Source: Octopus bimaculoides
Lineage: Eukaryota
Direction: 5' to 3'
NCBI RefSeq assembly: GCF_001194135.2
Contig: NC_068993.1
Coordinates: 27,219,966 to 27,256,556 of the forward strand
DNA length: 36,591 bases
Positions within the stretch are counted from its first letter, which is position 1. The number at the start of each line of letters is the position of its first letter. A program made the position numbers and the translations under genes. Shown one piece after another: positions 33,100-36,591 of this stretch. Under the pieces are notes generated by a model. That model searched no databases and was not told the origin of the DNA. It saw only the letters and a list, made by a program, of their open reading frames with translations.

Positions 33100-33420
33100 T
33101 CAGAAATTACTCATTTTGCCCGGTTACTAATTTTTCCCCACACCTATGTCTGTGTGTGTGTTCATGGACTCACCTGTCATAGACGACAGATGTGGGTTCT
33201 CCAATTTCTTGCTGAACAAACTGCACAGATGATTTGTTTTATTGTGATCAAATGTTTGAGCTGTAATTTAGCTTACTCCCTCCATCAATTCAACACTGCC
33301 TGCACACCTGATGTTAAAGTGATGACAGAACAAGGTCTTTTGGTTAAGAACACAGCATGCTGCTCTCTCTGGGAATTGGATTCACAATCTCATGATCGTG
33401 AGTACAACACCCTATAATGG
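33100..33420 (-). mobile_element. tRNA-derived SINE, decayed
   Basis: Minus strand tagggtgttgtactcacgatcatgagattgtgaatccaattccc (tRNA-like head) followed by gctgtgttcttaaccaaaagacc (core like 23110). Confidence 0.6.
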
Positions 33421-33999
33421 CTGAAGGTTGAGTTGATAAATAATGCTGGTTTGAGTATGGTTGCATGTATTGATAAAGGACAAATGAGGAAACCAGGATT
33501 AAGTGCAACAATTTATTCAACCTGTTAAAAAGAGTTAAGACAACAAAGCTGTAGAGATACATCTTGAAGGAACAGTCTGAATATATGCACAATGGTTTAA
33601 CATGCAGTTGGTACATAATGATGGTGTATGCTGGATAGAATAGGAAAAGCAAATACGAGACATAACTTCTACTGGAGGACAGAAACAACGTACACGTTGA
33701 AAATATAGCTGAGACTGCCTCCAGAGTAAGACTTATTCTCTGCCAAAGATCTAAACTCCACGATGCAACTAAGGAGAATAGTGGGAAAGGCTTCATTAAA
33801 TAGCTAATGGTAGGCTCTCAGCGAAGAGGCACAAATTGGCACATGTAACTGGTCTGGCATGTGGTCTGATTGGATGACTTAAAGCATCCGATCTGCACAA
33901 ACGATAATGTAACCACTTGTATAAAATAGGTAAAAATACACCAATTGGCAACTAATTAAGTCTAGACAGCCAAATAATAAACATAGCATCTGCTACAAT

Positions 34000-34200
34000 C
34001 CTAACCACTCAGACACTTATATACACACACACTGAAACATACACACATATATGCATATTCTTGAGAGTTTCTAGTTCATAGAAACATGAGTAACCGCATA
34101 ATACTCGGTGTTTGAATGTGTATATGTGTTTGTGTACGTATATGTGTGTGCACGCATCACAGCTGTGTGTGTATATATACACACACCCACACACATGCGC
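34000..34200. repeat. (AC)/(GT)/(AT) degenerate microsatellite
   Basis: Directly visible. Confidence 0.8.
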
Positions 34201-34534
34201 AGGTGCACATTTTTGCCCTCTTGAAAGTAAAACATCAAATTAATCATGCTCAAACACTATATCGACAATGCTGCAAATGTGAGTAATTATGGTAAAGTTC
34301 ACAGCACAAAAATAGTCACGTGCTTGTTTCAGTACACAGATGCATGACTAAGTTTATAAATGGAGATATTAAGCATTTATTTTTCAGTTATATTCTGGGG
34401 AAAAAGAATATTCATGTCTTTTGTAAATACTCTTTCTTTTGTGTGTTTGTATGTTATTATGCATTTGGACAATGGCAATTTGCCTGCGCAAACAACTTAA
34501 TGTGCGCATGTGTATGTATTTATGTATGTATGTA

Positions 34535-34938
34535 ATTCTCTCTTTACTCTTTTACTTGTTTCAGTCATTTGACTGTGGCCATTCTGGAGCACCGCCTTTA
34601 GTCAAGCAAATTGACCCCAGGACTTATTCTTTGTAAGCCTAGTACTTATTCTATCGGTCTCTTTTTCCTGAACCGCTAAGTTACAGGGATGTAAACACAC
34701 CAGCATCGGTTGTCAAGCGATGTTGGGGGAACTAAGCACAGACACACAAAAATACATACACACACATACATACATATATATATATATATACGACAGGCTT
34801 CTTTCAGTTTCTGTCTACCAAATCCACTCACAAGGCTTTGGACGGCCCGAGGCTATAGTAGAAGACACTTGCCCAAGCTGCCACGCAGTGGGACTGAACC
34901 TGGAACCATGTGGTTCATAAGCAAGCTACTTAACACAC
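34535..34938 (-). mobile_element. tRNA-derived SINE with internal microsatellite
   Basis: Minus-strand head gtgtgttaagtagcttgcttatgaaccacatggttccaggttcagtccc (B-box-like), core ttgggcaagtgtcttctac; body shared with 36385-36591. Confidence 0.8.
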
Positions 34939-34949
34939 ACACACTCCTA

Positions 34950-35046
34950 TTCAGTTTTGTTTCAAGATTTCTTGCCAATAGAGAAAGAGCCAGTTCCTTA
35001 CCTAGATTCAAGACTCCTTCATTGAAATTTCAACAACACCAACAGG

Positions 35047-35077
<31 letters not shown>

Positions 35078-35572
35078 TATGTGCAGATTTGTATGTTTTG
35101 TTTTGTGTATGTATTCTCATGCATGTAGTTGCATGTCTATATATGCTCATATATATTTAAATGATAAACTTCTGGAAAGTTTTATGGATTTTTACAGTAC
35201 CAGAGATGGATTGGATCTGTAGTCTTTGAATCAGATTTCTCCTTTCTGGTTTTGAGAAGCCGAATTTCTCAAGATTGGTATTTAGACAGTGTGTTGCATA
35301 TCCCAGTGTCCCAATAATTACAGGTATAAACCTAAACTTATAGTCTGGATAGAGTAGTTGTAGATTCCTGAATAGTTCAGCATAGGTATTTTCTTTTTTC
35401 ACTGACCTTTAGCTTTATGTTAACATCTACTGGGCAGCTGATTTCCACAACTGTACACAGTTTCTCTTCTCTATCCCAAATGACTGTGTCAGGTCTATTA
35501 TATATAGAGAAAGAGCCAGTTCCTAACCTAGATTCAAGGCTCCTTCATTGAAACTTCAATATCAACATCAAC
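34950..35572 (-). mobile_element. R4/Dong-clade LINE 3' end (RLE and 3' UTR), with an extra partial 3' UTR block at 35505-35572
   Basis: NRPDTVIWDREEKLCTVVEISCPVDVNIKLK..EKENTYAELFRNLQLLYPDYKFRFIPVIIGTLG..QKFII*; closely similar to 22905-23295. Confidence 0.9.
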
Positions 35573-35575
35573 AGT

Positions 35576-35933
35576 TTTCAATGCATGATATCTAAAATGG
35601 GATGAAATGAGTAATGGCTAATTTCAATAATTTTTTTCTCTTTAACTGCAGGAAGAGAGCTATTCCAGTAGATCATGACGAAGCTGCAGAGAATATTTCA
35701 TGTTGAGTTTTTAGATTAATTTCATATCATGTCATTTTTCCATGATCCTATTTCATTTGACCTAGACATTTAAAATTTATATCGCATTTCTGATCTTTCT
35801 GGTGTTTAAGGATGTTATTTATGTGTATGAGTATTTTTCAAATGAAGCAGTGAATTGAAGTAGTAAATTTACCTTATCTTGTCTTATTCATGTTGCCCTA
35901 ACCAAAATTGTCTTTTATATGCTCAAAAAGAAT
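35576..35933 (-). repeat. Unclassified dispersed repeat, copy 2
   Basis: See 32325-32700. Confidence 0.8.
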
Positions 35934-36384
35934 GGCAATAATTTTCTGAAATAGAGTTCTGAATATGTTATAGTATTTATAATGCATTTAGAGAAGGTCA
36001 TTTGCTTAGCTGATACAGATTTTGTAAGGTATTGAACATTTGTAAAAAATTTTTTTTTTCTCAAAGTCAAAAAATTTTTTTTTTTCTCAAAGTCAAAAGA
36101 TGCATTAAATACTCCTTATTTTGCACACACACCCTTATATATTCTATATACATGAATTATGTTGACATAAGATCTATTAGTTTATGTCAAATGGACTTTG
36201 AAGCCTGTATTTTATGATCCTATGAATTATGTTAATTGAGTATTGAATTAAGAATTCTATCACAAAATACTTATGTTGACTGACTACTAAGGGATTTATT
36301 CGGCACATACAAACATTAAGTAGTTTGGATATGGAAGCAGTATTCTACATTAATGAATTTAATGACTGGTTATTGCTGAATTAC

Positions 36385-36591
36385 TAAGTTATGGGGATGT
36401 AAACACACCAACACTAGTTGTCAAATGGTGGTAGGGGACAAATACAAAGATATTCTTTTATTCTTTAATCGAACAAATTGACCCCAGGACTTATTCTTTG
36501 TGAGCCTAGTACTTATTCTATCGGTCTCTTTTGCAAAACCGGTAAGTTACAGGAATGTAAACACACACACCAACATCGGTTGTCAGGCAAT
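36385..36591 (-). mobile_element. Two partial copies of the SINE body seen at 34600-34730
   Basis: caaattgaccccaggacttattctttgt.agcctagtacttattctatcggtctctttt and taagttacagg.atgtaaacacac are shared. Confidence 0.8.

Noticed and set aside
33344-33900. 150-aa minus ORF and WSC-like fragments (IGCFK, TCANLC, RCFC)
   Set aside because: The motifs fall in different frames with multiple stops, and the ORF runs into a SINE; no coherent exon.
35652-35706. Apparent + strand terminal exon (strong cag acceptor, KRAIPVDHDEAAENISC-stop)
   Set aside because: It lies inside the unclassified repeat shared with 32325-32700, where the motif is not preserved.

Overview
Repeat-saturated, AT-rich animal genomic scaffold with six N gaps (1591-2056, 3267-3976, 12797-13454, 27282-27579, 29235-29690, 30821-30920). 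The SINE and LINE content looks like a cephalopod (Octopus-like) genome; this is pattern recognition, not a database result. The only well-supported host-gene sequence is one 171-bp phase 1-1 sushi/CCP-domain exon on the minus strand (26043-26213). The rest is mostly decayed retroelements: seven R4/Dong-type (RLE) LINE fragments, two L1-Tx1 fragments, one RTE 3' end, one Penelope RT/GIY-YIG fragment, two Ty3/Gypsy relics, several SINEs, micro/minisatellites, a 2-kb 23-bp satellite and a few unclassified repeats. Best leads: (1) a recognisable type I hammerhead ribozyme (28230-28285, minus), with two more decayed hammerhead-like motifs nearby, all in the sense orientation of the sushi-gene intron; (2) a scrambled Gypsy element with three integrase pieces of different ages; (3) a fold-back TTAGGG/CCCTAA palindrome; (4) a ~1-kb inverted-repeat element. 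Most ORFs in the track are artefacts of gaps, microsatellites or antisense frames. No prokaryotic-type system (CRISPR, operon) is present. All identities and counts are hand estimates.
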